Assembly (NCBI RefSeq): GCF_006345805.1 | Contig: NC_042997.1 | Span: forward strand, 209,560,001 to 209,624,000 | Reading direction: 5' to 3' | Origin: Octopus sinensis | Lineage: Eukaryota | DNA length: 64,000 nt | Part shown: positions 1 to 12,994 of the stretch, in pieces | Numbering within the stretch: the first letter of the stretch is position 1 | Layout of the letters: each line of letters begins with the position of its first letter | Translations under genes and position numbers: made by a program | Notes under the pieces: generated by a model | The model's input: the letters and a program-made list of their open reading frames with translations, nothing else | The model's database searches: none | What the model was told of the DNA's origin: nothing

Positions 1-231
1 GCTTTTAAGCTAGCTAATATATATGTGGGTGTGTGTGTGTGTATAAATATGGGTTTGTATACATACAACAGGCTTTTTTCAGTTTCCATCTACCAAATCC
101 TTGTGAAGTAAGCTTGCCAACCAATACACCGAGCAGAGCAGGAAGATCTAATGTTAAAGCTAACTGTCCTAAATAAAAAAGAACGGGCTTATTTGTTCAT
201 GTAGGGCCTTGAAGGGCAAGGGTACAGACAA

Positions 232-630
232 TATATGGCTCAGAAACCTGGATGTTATCAAAGAAGCTTGAGAGGTGGTTGGATGGAACCTATACTCGCC
301 TCCTTATGAGAGCTCAAAATATCTCGTGGAAGCGTCATCCAACCAAAGTACAAATATATGGGAAATTACCACCTGTATCATCTCTTGTGAAAGGTGGAAG
401 AGTCCAGTTTGCTGGACATTGTTGTAGAGCTGAAAACGAGGTAATTTCTACTCTTCTCCTCTGGAAGCCATCTGCTCGCGATACCAGAGGGCGCACACTC
501 TCTTACCCTGATGTAATCTCCAGGGATACAGGCACCCAGCAACAGGATCTCCGTAGTGCTATGATGGACCGTGAAGTCTGACATAACATAGTAAATTCCA
601 TTGTCTCGGCCACGGTCGAACAATGATGAT
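232..630 (+). mobile_element. 3' fragment of a non-LTR retrotransposon (RTE-like RT C-terminus)
   Basis: Translates YGSETWMLSKKLERWLDGTYTRLLMRAQNISW...FAGHC...LLLWKP, typical post-RT motifs of APE-type LINEs; ends in an (ATG)n-like tail caatgatgat. Confidence 0.75.
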
Positions 631-982
631 AGGGTGGATGAAAAGGGGAGCGAAGAGTGAGTTGAGAGGATTAGAAGAGAGTCGGCCTGAAATCAACTGA
701 TTCCAAAGAGCAGAGGCCACTGTGGTAGTGGTAAGACAGAGAGAAAGAGGAGATACAGCAGGCCTGGGAAACAAAGGTTGGAGTGTGTTGGGGAGTGACT
801 TCATACTTGATTGTTGTGGGAGTCGGGGGGGATGGGGTGTTGTCATGCCAATCGGTTAGGTGGATGTGGTCTAGGATGTCTAGTGGTAGTTATGGCTTAC
901 CTAGGGCCAAAAAATCTCCATATAATGCTGTGCTACTACATCACTGCTGCAGTGTTACAGTAACTATCACGGATTATATACC

Positions 983-1389
983 TATTTCTTTACAACCCAC
1001 AAGGGGCTAAACACAGAGGAGACAAACAAGGACAGAAAACGGATTAAGTCGATTATATCGACCCCTGTACGTAACTGGTACTTATTCAATCGACCCTGAA
1101 AGGCAAAGTCGACCTCGGCGGAATTTGAACTCAGAACGTAACGGCAGACGAAATACCTATTTCTATATTACCCACAAGGGGCTAAACATAGAGGGGACAA
1201 ACAAGGACAGACAGACGGATTAAGTCGATTACATCGACCCCAGTGCGTAACTGGTACTTAATTTATCGACCCCGAAAGGATGAAAGGCAAAGTCGACCTC
1301 GGCGGAATTTGAACTCACAACGTAAGGGCAGACGAAATACCGCTAAGCATTTCGCCTGGCGTGCTAACGTTTCTGCCAGCTCACCGCCT
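983..1389 (-). mobile_element. tRNA-derived SINE family M (Meta-domain-like core), tandem dimer
   Basis: Minus strand has A-box (TGGCAGAAACG) and B-box (GAGTTCAAATTCC) plus core GCCTTTCATCCTTTCGGGGTCGATAAA; 18-bp TSD tatcacggattatatacc at 965-982 and 1390-1407. Confidence 0.85.
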
Positions 1390-1974
1390 TATCACGGATT
1401 ATATACCACCACCATCACCACCACCTCTACTACCTGTAGGTAAAGTACCATATGATGGTTTCACTGAATGCTGCAAGCAGTGGTAGCACTGTAGAAATGA
1501 TGAGTGTTTCATTGTCTTGTAGTGTTGAGTTCAATTCCACCCCATTATGTTAGGATCTCCTTTTCAGGGAGAGATGCATCTCACAGCTAACCTCACACTG
1601 CAGTCACCTGTCTTGGCTCTCTATGGATAGCAATGCGATCCAGTTATTGTTGTTGCTGCTGCTATCAACATACCGTCACGCTTGTGAGAACCACTACATG
1701 GTCGATCGACCGACAGACCGTGTCAAGTCACCCGCACGCACACACATCTATTGTGTTTGTCACTTGCTCACCCACGTTCGTATGCATACCTTTGATTACA
1801 GAGTGGCCAGCTGGTCGCTCGTTCTCTTTACAACCAGTTCTACTTGTATCCCTAGCAACAAGGATAACACCCCTATGGTACCCCTAGCAACATGGGTACT
1901 ACCCCTACAGTACACTTTGTAATACGGGTAGATATCATACGTATATACAATGTACTGTATGGAATTTCATAGAT

Positions 1975-2012
1975 TGTATCTATATATGTGTGTATATATC
2001 TATGTGTGTATA

Positions 2013-2067
<55 letters not shown>

Positions 2068-2132
2068 ATATCTATCTATCTATATCTATCTATCTATCTA
2101 TATATATATATATTATATATATATATATATAT

Positions 2133-2166
<34 letters not shown>

Positions 2167-2285
2167 CACATATCTATCTATATGTATACATATATATATA
2201 TATATAATATATATATATGTATATATATGTATATGTATATATATATACACATATCTATCTATATGTATATATATATACATATATA

Positions 2286-2328
<43 letters not shown>

Positions 2329-2349
2329 CATATCTATCTATATGTATAC

Positions 2350-2401
<52 letters not shown>

Positions 2402-2427
2402 GTATATATACATATCTATCTATATGT

Positions 2428-2469
<42 letters not shown>

Positions 2470-2582
2470 TGTATATATATATATACACATGTCTATCTAT
2501 GTGTATACATATGTATATATATATATATATGTATACATATGAGTATATAAATATATACATAATGCATATATATACATATATA

Positions 2583-2622
<40 letters not shown>

Positions 2623-2695
2623 TACATATGTATGTATTTAAGTATGTGTGTACGAATGGACATACTCAACACACACACACACACACATATATACA
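1975..2695. repeat. Compound (TCTA)n/(TA)n/(CA)n microsatellite
   Basis: Direct inspection. Confidence 0.95.
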
Positions 2696-4027
2696 CCAGC
2701 TCATGTAGCTCTTGTAATGGTGTGGTGCACACCATGTACGCACTTAGAATATTTTCGTCGTTTCCTGTTCGTGTCTTGCCAAGTTTTCTGTCGTACGCCA
2801 GTCACCCTATCATTGTTTCACCCCGTTTACATACATACACACACACACATATATATATACATATATATAGATATATATATATATATGTGTGTGTGTGTAT
2901 ATATGTATGTGTGTATATAAAAAGAGAGGGGTGACAGAGAAAAGATAAATAGCAGAGAGAGAGAGAGAGAGGACGGAAGGAGAGAAGAAAATAGAGTGTG
3001 TAGGTGTGACAAAAACATAGAAGGAGGGGGGAAGTGATGGAGAAAGAAATGGTATGAATAGAGAAAGGGTAGGGGAGAGAGAGAGAGAGAGAGGAGGACC
3101 GATAGATACACAGAGAGAGGGAGGGAGGGAGATAGATGAGTAGCTGTGTGTTTGTGTGTGTTATTTAATTAGTAACAATTAGATTTGTCTCGTGTCTGTT
3201 GCTTGAAAGAGTCTATTGTCAGGACAATAGCAGCAGAAACACTAACAACAACATTGTTGTTACATGTAAGCGGCGGTGCTGGTGGTGGTGCAGTAGACGG
3301 CGAGAGGGGAGCCCTCCCCCCCGCCCTTACTTCTTCTTCTTCTTCTCTTGTAGACAATATGGATGGATGGATGGTGGTAAGTCGCTGCTTCTTTTTCCTT
3401 GCAGGAAATCCGCTCGGAATTCTCTCGACTGAAGAAATACGTGTATTATTTCTGGTGTGTTTGTGTGTTGGGGAGTTTCTCTCCAAGTTGTCGTCGTTGT
3501 TGTTTGTTTCAACTCCTATGTTGACCACCACCCTTGAAAGGGTGTGCGTCAACGGGTCCACCCTGTCCCCCTCGTGTTGTATTGTGCTCAAGTAGAACCC
3601 GAACACCCTGCCCGTCCGTCCTCCCTGACTTCCAATCCTCTCAGCTGTTCTTACACTCTTGTATTTATTTTCTATTTCAGTAGTTTATTATCATCACCTG
3701 ATGTGGGAACGACACCCTCACCTCTCAACGCAAGCAAAGAATATCAAAAAGAAGAAAAAGAAGCCAGAGTTGAAATGACTGATGTTGGTGTTACCACAAC
3801 CAGCTTTAACCCAATCACTTCTAGAAATTCTCATCTAAAAACATACATCGGACTGTGAAGCTTCTTCGTCTTCCAGACCGTTCGTTCCTGATTAAAATAA
3901 TAATAATAATAATAAAAAGATAAAATAACAACCCTGACAGACATATCAATTGGATGTGATAGGATTTAATTTTTTTTTGGTTCATTCCATTGATTTTGGT
4001 GAGACCCTTTGCTATAAAACCTTTGCC

Positions 4028-4090
4028 ATGTCTGTTAAAGTGACTTCTCACAATGTCTGGGATTTATACCTGAGGACACCAGAAGCACAG
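4028..4090 (+). CDS. Candidate first coding exon of an unidentified host gene (MSVKVTSHNVWDLYLRTPEAQ)
   Basis: gccATG context, 21 open codons, then a consensus donor CAG|GTAAGA at 4091; preceded by ~850 bp of non-repeat, partly CpG-rich sequence resembling a 5' UTR. Confidence 0.4.
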
Positions 4091-5163
4091 GTAAGAAAGA
4101 ACACATTTTTAATTACCATTAACTCGGTCACATACTTCAATACATTCAGTCTTTGTTTTTTTTTTTGTCTTTCCTCGCCTTCTTATCATTTTTTTTATAA
4201 AACACCCTGTTCTCTCTCTCTCTCGTGTTTATATTATGTAAATACTAATTAGTGGTTTTTCGATATAAATTAGTCAACAGTCAATATTTCCTGTAAGGTG
4301 CCATGCTATATTTTACCAAAATACCACCCTAGGCTTTATATTACGTTCGTTCCAGTGTTTTTGGTATTTTCTGACTCTCTCCCCCGTGTATATATATATA
4401 TGAGATTATATATATCACCAAAATAAACATTTTATATCGACATTCTCCTTTCTAACTCAAAATTCCTCACTTACATAATAATGTGTCGTTAAATCAACAA
4501 ATACAGTTCTTTAAACTATTCCATTTACAGCAATGTTTCCGTGAAAGGCATGAACACTCCCACGTCTCATTTTTCCTTCTGTAAATCCCAGGCCATGCGT
4601 ACAGTCCAACTCGGTGTTCCCTAGGTGGAAGGGTGGATGGATGGCTGCTGGCATGGTAATTGATATCATATACAGATGGTTATAACGAGAGCACTTTTTC
4701 TTTTCCCACAGAACTAATGCTGGTGGTCTGGTGGCATTTGTCCAAGACTGAATTGAGTGTGGAGACGGTTCAGAGAACTGCAAAACCCTCAGATTGTGTG
4801 TGTGTTTCTGTGTATATATGTATATTTGTGTGTGTTTATAGTTCCATATCGAGAATCCAAGCTTATTTCTTCTGCCATAACATAAAAAAATGACTACGTT
4901 CTAAGAACGGCTTTTGACATCTTATTATGAGGACCAAGTCAGTCTCTCTCTATAGACGGGTAGAAACATTCCAGTATAGAATACTACCAATATATGTATA
5001 TCATACAAACATCTTATATACACCCACATGTATGTATAAAGGCAGCTATTGTCTACACTATGACATATGGATACCGACCATACCACTCTCTCACACGTCT
5101 TCCCTCCAAGACACACCAAATTTCCTTGTGAAATGTCCACGAAAAGCAGAACCTGAACTTTGA

Positions 5164-5177
5164 GTCGCCATGGAAAC
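5164..5177. promoter_or_regulatory. RFX X-box-like motif GTCGCCATGGAAAC
   Basis: Matches GTHNYY-AT-RRNAAC; in non-repeat sequence ~1.1 kb downstream of the candidate exon. Confidence 0.3.
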
Positions 5178-5362
5178 AATACTAATTTAAATCACGAGAA
5201 TTGTGTATCCTCCTCCCCACCATCTCGTCCCCGCTTCCATGTCTGTGTAAGGGACGGATACTTATTGTTTAGGCCGGAATTTAATCCTGGCAGAGAGCAA
5301 TGTCGCAGCCGGGAATAATCTTGTTTTATTCGTTGTTATTTTTATGTAAAAACTACATTGAG

Positions 5363-5413
<51 letters not shown>

Positions 5414-5809
5414 GATCTTTCGTCTACTATATATATATATATATATATATGCTACTTTCAAAAATTGGTAAGAGATTTAGCTGCTATTTCTAGCGGGTCG
5501 TGCGATCACGTAGAGGTTTCTTCGTCGAGACAAACTGTTGTTGGGGGTTTGTGAGAGAGAATAACTCCCATATTTTGTGTGATTGATAGATGTTATGGTT
5601 GAGAAACGGACGGAGAAAACGGATTATTCAGGAATATGTGTGTGTATATAGATGTTTATGCGACTGCTACGTGTGTTGTATAAATATGTATGCGTGTGTA
5701 CGTAATGTGTGTGACTGAAAGTTATCATTTTACGTTCACTTTCCATGCTGGCAAATATGTTTAAGTAGGTATATATACGTGTGTATAGGTATGAGTATTG
5801 TGTGTGTAT

Positions 5810-5846
5810 CTCTCTGTCTATCTGTCTGTCTATCTACCTATCTACC

Positions 5847-5881
<35 letters not shown>

Positions 5882-5929
5882 TTATCTGTCTATCTATCTA
5901 TCTACCTATCTATCTACCTATCTATCTAC

Positions 5930-6004
<75 letters not shown>

Positions 6005-6050
6005 CCTATCTATCTATATCTATATCTATCTATCTATCTACCTATCTACA
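5810..6050. repeat. (TCTG)n/(TCTA)n microsatellite
   Basis: Direct inspection. Confidence 0.95.
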
Positions 6051-6154
6051 CACTCGCGCACACACGTTTAAATGTGTATGTATGTGTGTGCTTATGTATA
6101 TAAATAAAACTACAGTTGAGTGAATGCTTGTGTCTGAGAAATGATTGAAATATT

Positions 6155-6565
6155 GGTTTCAAATTTTGGCACAAGGCCAGCAAATTCGGGGGCAGGGAGC
6201 TAGTCGATTGCGTCGATCCCAGTAACCAACTGGTACTTATTTTATCGACCCCGAAAGGACGAAAGGCAAAATCGACCTCGCCGGAATTTGAACTTAGAAC
6301 TTAGAAACGACCGAAATGCCACTAAACGTTTTGAAACAACTGAAATATTGATTTCAAATTTTGGCCCAACGCCAGCATGGTCGTAGGAGTGGGTAAGTCG
6401 ATTAGATCGACCCCAGTGCGTAACCGGTACTTATTTCATCGACCCTCGAAAGGATGAAAGGCAAAGTCGACCCCGCCGGAATTTGGACTCAGAACGTAAA
6501 GACGGTCGAAATGCCGCTAAGCATTTCGCCCGGTTTGCCAACGGTTCTTTCAGCTCGCCGCCTTC
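6155..6565 (-). mobile_element. Two SINE family M copies (variant tail)
   Basis: Core gaccccgaaaggatgaaaggcaaagtcgacc and head ending gctcgccgcctt. Confidence 0.8.
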
Positions 6566-6774
6566 AGAAATGGCTGAAATATTTAAATGTTTGCACAACT
6601 CTTTATATGTTTGATATAAATAAATATACACATAAATCCTACCTGTCTCCTACCTGTCTCCGAAGGCCTGTGAAGTGTCTGGGCACAACACCTTGATAAA
6701 AATAGTAAATAAAAGAGAAAAAAAAAAGGTCTTGGCTTGATCTGCTAAAAATACTAGTCAAGTGACATTTTGTT

Positions 6775-7165
6775 AGGAAAGACATTGGATAAAGTAGCTG
6801 AAGCACCCTTTGTCATTGATCTACTGGTTCAAAGCTGCCTTGGGTTAAACTACTTCGTCAAAGATCAACACATTTGATAATGTAGTCTGAAAGACAGGAT
6901 GGTGATACATTATCATACATTTACCAGTTCAAAGCTGACCTGGTGTTAAACAACAACAACAACAACATGGAAGGACACATTTGGTAATGTAGTCCTAGAT
7001 ACACTATGTCAGAATGAAAGGCAGTATGGTTACAGTTAAATTGAAACACCTTTGATCATGGATCGACTGGTTCAAGGCTAAACCACCACCAAGAATGGAT
7101 ACATTGGGTAATGTACTCCTAGATACATATGTCTGAAGGATAGACATGTGGTCGTCACAGTTGGT
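6775..7165. repeat. About four degenerate tandem copies of an old repeat fragment
   Basis: Recurrent acatt(g/t)g(a/g)taa(a/t)gta...g(g/-)ttcaa(a/g)gct blocks. Confidence 0.45.
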
Positions 7166-8239
7166 GTATCTTCGATTCTGGCCCCACACCTTAACAGACA
7201 CCATCTCGTTCTGTTACATAGTGTATTGCTTCCACGTTCAATGTAACAAGTCACTGATACAATCAGGCTGCCTACTGCTTCAACACTAGACTTAACTGCT
7301 AGAAATAGTAGCCAAATCTCTCTTAAAAATCACATAGAATACAGAAATGTGATGGAGTGTTCTCCAGTGTCACAAGTATACAAATGGAGTAAAATGTGAC
7401 ATCTCTATAAGTGGACACTCACCTTGGGTCAAGTTGGCCTAACTTGTAAAGACCTATGCTCTCACTTATCTGTGTTCTTCAGCTTCTAGGTACATGATAA
7501 AATTTGACTTCCTTTTCAACAAATTCACTGGGGTGAGAAGGGGGTGTAAAAACTGCCATTTCCTTTTCTAAGCTGAAATTGATGAGGGTTTGCCCAAACT
7601 GGTAAGTAACGATGTGGACGTCTGTTTTTAAAACCTTGGGGAATGACATTTGCTGTGGGATTTTTGTCTCAGTAAAAAAAAAAAAATTCTCCCTAGAGAC
7701 TTTGTACACAAAGACACATCAAGCTCCAAATGATGCCAGCAGACTACCAAACACTGGTGTTTTTATGTGATTTCTTCTCCTCAGTGTTAGACACTGCCTC
7801 AGTCACTTGGAGCTAGTTAGAAACTTTTGTTCTCTCATAGAAAATAACAAGCAAAACATTTGTTGGCGTGTGATGAGGCTTGACAAACTGGAATTAGTTC
7901 AGTACAAGTACACAAAGAAGAGAGGATTAAAATAATGATGTGTATATTTATTTTTACTGCATTTCTGCACATCTTCCTCATTTCATATCCACTTTCCTTC
8001 CCACACTTGCATGGGTCATAAGGAATTTGTTAAAGCAAATTGTCTATGGCAAGATGTCTGTCCTCTCCCCAATTCTCACCTGTTTCTGAGCAAGGAAATA
8101 ATCCCCCATGGCCAGATAAGTTTTTTTTTTTTCATGGGAGTCTGGAAATGATAAGTGTAAGTTACATGACAAAAATGCTCATTTACAATAATCACGTGAT
8201 GTCAACACACACACACATGCACACTCATGCATGAATCAC

Positions 8240-8400
8240 TGGCTTCTTTCAGTTTCCATCCACCAAATCCACACACAAGACTTTGGTTGGTCTGGGACTT
8301 TAGTAGAAGATACTCACCCAAGGTGCTGTGTAGAGGGACTGAACCTGAGACCACATGGTTAGGAAACCAGCTTCATAATCACACATCCATGCCAGCGCAT
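8240..8400 (-). mobile_element. Degenerate SINE family C head
   Basis: Reverse-complement match to the 12640-12812 head. Confidence 0.65.
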
Positions 8401-9244
8401 TATCATCCAGTGTTTTAAATCCAGGTTTTTGTCCCCATTAACGAGGGTGGCTGGTTCTACCCCAATGCCATAGCAACTGAGGTAGGTAGGTAGGTGCAGC
8501 TTACCCCAACCTTTAGGCTGGCTGGAACCCTTTCTCCCTTGCTATCATGAGACTGTTTTGGAGCTGGATTTTCTACGGGGAGTGGGGCATGCCCCTGCTT
8601 ACCCCCAACCTCAGTTTCTAGACTAGAATGTAAATAACATTTGTTGTGGGATTTTATCCTTGAGAAAAAATTTCTCCCTACAGATTTTGTATCTTCATTT
8701 CTTTACATCGGGTCCAACATACAAATTCTTTCACCGTATCTTTCAAAAGCCAAAAGAAGGCAGTGAAGTGAACTTAACGATGGACTTTGCTGTTCATTGG
8801 GTTTATTCTACAAATAACAGCAGCTGTTTTACATAATTTCACAAGTGAATCAATGCAAACACAAGTACTTTGTTATTCGGTACACATCTTAGATAGGCCT
8901 CTCTGATGGTGTTACTGTACCTGGACAGTGTATTCCAAACCAGCAATCTCACTTACCTTGTGTGTGTGTGTGTGTGTGTGTATGACTGACTATTTCATAT
9001 TTAAGCAATGCTTGAGTTACATTTCTACTTTCACTTTCATCAATCAGTCAGCCAATATGATTTTGTTTGGCAGCTGGCAAAGTTTATTTTTATTTGTTTG
9101 TTTGTTTTTTTGGGGAAGGATCAGAGATTTCTGGAAGTTGTCCATAATGGCCAGAGTGAAAGTCCTCCAGAACAGATTGTTTAGTTGATCTCTATTAACT
9201 CTTGTTAACCCTGTGTAGCTGGACTTCGCAAAGTGGTCTATAAT

Positions 9245-9452
9245 GATTTCAAATTTTGGCAGAAGGCCAGTAATTTCGGATGAAGGGCAAGTTGATTAAA
9301 TTGACTCCAGTTTTCAACTGTTACTTATTGACCCTGAAAGGACAAAGGGCAAAGTGTACCCCAGCAAAATTTGAACCCAGAATTTGGAGTTGGACAAAAT
9401 GCCACTAAGCATTTTCCCCAGTGTACTAACAATTCTGTCAGCCTGCTGCCTT
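9245..9452 (-). mobile_element. Degenerate SINE family M
   Basis: gaccctgaaaggacaaagggcaaag core; ends gctgcctt. Confidence 0.65.
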
Positions 9453-10012
9453 AAAGTGGTCCTTACTGATCCCTGAAAGTCAATAAAATTATGGCAGGGT
9501 TTCATTTAAAATTAAGGGATTCACAAGGAGTGAATTTACTAGTTGTATCATCATCATTGTCATAATCATTTAACATCCCTCTTTTATGCTCATGTGGGTT
9601 GGACAGTTTGACGAAATCCATCAAGATGAAGGACTACATCATGCTTTGGTATAGTTTTTATGTTATCTGGATGCCCTTCCTAATGCCAACCACTTTAGAG
9701 TGAGTGCTGGATGCTTTTTGTGTGACTCCAGCATGAAGGAGAGTGCCATGAGGCCTGCAAGACTAAGATTCCTTTTGATTGAGTAGGGTTACAGTAAAGG
9801 GAGAGGAGACTTTGTTATATGATGAGGGATTAAAGTGTGAGAGAAGGGGGACAAAATGGAGCAAATTTCTTGCTGTACAGGAGCTACACGGTTATTCACG
9901 TTTTAGGAGAGAGAGGATAGGAGTTAACCAGGATGGAACTATATGCATAGATTCAAACACACACACACCTTGATATGTGTAGGGTGTGTGAGCAGACACG
10001 GACAAATACACA

Positions 10013-10051
<39 letters not shown>

Positions 10052-10190
10052 TTTTGAGCAAAGGCACTCCATCACTTACAACCACGAGGGTTCCAGTTGA
10101 TCCGATCAACGGAACCACCTGTGGGAATCGAAACTGCGATCCTATGATCGCGAGTCCACTACCCTAACCACTGGGCCATTGCACCTCCAC

Positions 10191-10230
<40 letters not shown>

Positions 10231-10502
10231 TAATAAATAAAATATATGCATACATACAAACATATATGTACGTACCTACATCTTCATGCATATATACATG
10301 CATATATAAATATATATACGTGAGTACAGGACACCACAAATAGATGTAGAACTCAACGAGAAACGAAAACGGAAAAGCCATTTTTTTACAACAGAAAAAA
10401 CAGAGTACAGGACAAACTACACAAGGAAAAATCCCCTTCATCAGCTGTCCCTAGTTTGACTCTAGCGTGTTTCGAAGGCAAGACATATATAATATATATA
10501 AT

Positions 10503-10904
10503 ATTAGAGATAAAACCACTATTATACAACCCAAACAGTGATAGACATAAACCAAAACAAATAACAAATAATATATATTTTTCTAAAACATAACTAGATC
10601 TCAAAAAGTATAAAAATGAATGATCAATATATAATAAGTAATATTACTTATTATATATTATACTTATAATATTACTTATTATATATTGATCATTCATTTT
10701 TATACTTTTTGAGATCTGGTTATATGTTTTATAAAAATATATATTATTTGTTTTGGTTTATGTCTATCACTGTTTGGGTTGTATAATAACGGTTTTATCT
10801 CTAATTTATACTTTATAATTTTATATTTTTTATATTTATATTGTGAAATTTGATTTAATACTAAATTGAATTTTTCCCTGTAAGTTTGGAGTTATACGCC
10901 CTAA

Positions 10905-10905
<1 letters not shown>
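10503..10905. mobile_element. Fold-back repeat (~140-bp inverted arms 10503-10805 plus tail), probable Penelope-like remnant
   Basis: Arms are reverse complements; the tail matches 13350-13415; flanked by TA/ATT microsatellites. Confidence 0.55.
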
Positions 10906-10935
<30 letters not shown>

Positions 10936-11036
10936 AATGTGACCGCGTGTGTACCGTTGGCGATTTTTTTCCTCTGTCTTAACAATATATAGATATATAT
11001 ATATATATAGAGAGAGAGTAAATACACAAATTTTAA

Positions 11037-11256
11037 CCCTTTAGTATTCAGGTTACTCACTGAAATTTAACTTATTTACTTCTTCACATTGTTTTTGAAT
11101 TAATCATTTATTATCTCATAGCTTTGAGCTTTCATTAATGTGACTGTTTATCTTTAGAATCACATTGTAGGGTAGGTGTGACAGGCTGGATCTGGCTGGT
11201 ACGATCAGAAAACAATGCTTTTGGGCCATTTAATGGTCAGTTTAAATGCCAAAGGG
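11037..11256. mobile_element. piggyBac-type MITE family 1
   Basis: TTAA-CCCTTT...AAAGGG-TTAA ends; further copies at ~11398-11615, 23165-23386 and ~49275-49494. Confidence 0.8.
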
Positions 11257-11959
11257 TTAATATTAAGAAATTAGATTTGTGAAAGAGTGAAGATGTGCCA
11301 AGGAGATTGCCAAATAAAATTAAGCTGTATTGTATAGTGTCCCTGTGTGGGCGTGTGGGACCTATTCCCTCTCAGCCATGGTTTCCTTTTGTGTTAACCC
11401 TTTAGCATTCAGGGTACTCTGTCGAATCTAATGCTTATTTATTCACATTGCTTTGAATTAATCATGGATTATCTCGTAGCTTTGAGGTTTAAATAATGGG
11501 ATTGTTTATTTTTAGAATCACATTGTAGGGTATGTATAAAAGGCAAGATCTGGTTGGTTTAAATGTAAACATAAAACATAATGAGTATTTTGGCCAGATA
11601 TGGTCACTCTAAATGGTCAACCCTTCCCACTGGAATCTGTACCTTGTCAACATCACCACCTGAAATTCCTGGATACATCTACACACATCTCTCCCTCTCT
11701 CTCTCTCTCACATACACGCCACTCTCCTCCTCCCACACTCTTATGAAATCATCCTCCCTTTCTTTCCCTCTTAGTCTACTCTCTCTATTCTCCCTTATAT
11801 TCACCTTGAACTTTGAGTGCATGCTTTGATACCCCTTTTTATACAACTACTCTCACCCACACTCGCATTTTGTCGGGTTGCCATGTAACCATTGAAACAT
11901 ACACACACACACACACACACACCAATATATTTAATAATAATAATAATAATAATCTTTTC

Positions 11960-12600
11960 TACTGTAAGCACAAGCCTGAAATTTTCTTTTTAGTTTAGTC
12001 ACATGACCAGCAATTTTGAGGGGAAGGGAACAAGTTGATTAAATCAACCCTGAAAGGTAAAGTTGACTCTGGCATGATTTGAACTCAGAACGCAAAGAGC
12101 TGGAATGAATGTACTGAAAGCAATTTTTGATTCAGCCAATCCACCAATATCATGATGTAGTAGTAGTAGTAGTAGTATCAGTAATAATAATGATAATAAT
12201 AATAATATTATTTATATTATTAATATGATGAAAGGCATGAAGCCAAAGGATGAAAGGCAAAGTTGACCTCAGCGGAATTTGAACTCAGAACGTGGTGGTG
12301 GAGGGGCGAAATACTGCTAAGCATTTTGTCCAGTGCACTAGCAATTCTGCCAGCTTGCCGCCTTGTAATAATAATAATAATAATAATAATGATGATTTCA
12401 AATTGTGCCATAAGGGCAGCAACTTTGGAGGAGAGGATGAGTCAATTACATCGACCCCAGTATGCAACTGGTACTTGTTTTATCAACCCCGAAAGGATGA
12501 AAGGCAAAGTTGATCTCGGCGGAATTTGAACTCGGAATGTGGTGGTGGGTGAAATACCGCTAAGCATTTCGTCCAGCGCACTAACAATTGTGCCAGCTGC
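11960..12600 (-). mobile_element. Cluster of three SINE family M copies separated by (AAT)n
   Basis: Repeated gaaaggcaaagttgacctc...ggaatttgaactc core. Confidence 0.75.
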
Positions 12601-12639
12601 ACTGTCTTGGAATATTAATAATAATAATAATAATAATAA

Positions 12640-12812
12640 GGCGTAGGAGTGGCTGTGTGGTAAGTAGCTTGCTTACCAACCACATGGTTCCGGGTTCAGT
12701 CCCACTGCGTGGCACCTTGGGCAAATGTCCTCTATTATAGCCTCGGGCTGACCAAAGCCTTGTGAGTGGATTTGGTAGATGGAAACTGAAAGAAGCCCGT
12801 CGTATATATGTA
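12640..12812 (+). mobile_element. SINE family C (tRNA head plus CORE-like accttgggcaa motif), 5' half
   Basis: A-box TGGCTGTGTGG, B-box GGTTCAGTCCC; its 3' half is displaced to 17020-17238. Confidence 0.85.
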
Positions 12813-12814
12813 TG

Positions 12815-12858
<44 letters not shown>

Positions 12859-12994
12859 GAAAAAAAATGCACAAATTATGTAAGTTCAAGACCTTTCATC
12901 GGATCACCAGGAATCGAACTTTCTTCAATGCAGTTAAACTTACACCCTCATTTGTATCTACCCCTTTTGATGTTTGGGAATCTCTCATGTTTTT

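Noticed and set aside
1950-2934. Tyr/Ile-rich ORFs (also 5779-6123, 17401-17873, 33410-34227)
   Set aside because: Translations of (TA)n and (TCTA)n
3169-3606. Overlapping 136-145 aa ORFs on both strands
   Set aside because: Low-complexity, no recognisable domain; better explained as 5'UTR-like sequence
10425-10485. Minus-strand type II hammerhead (CGAAAC...CTGATGAAG)
   Set aside because: Core words are present but stems I and III do not pair convincingly; at best a decayed PLE remnant
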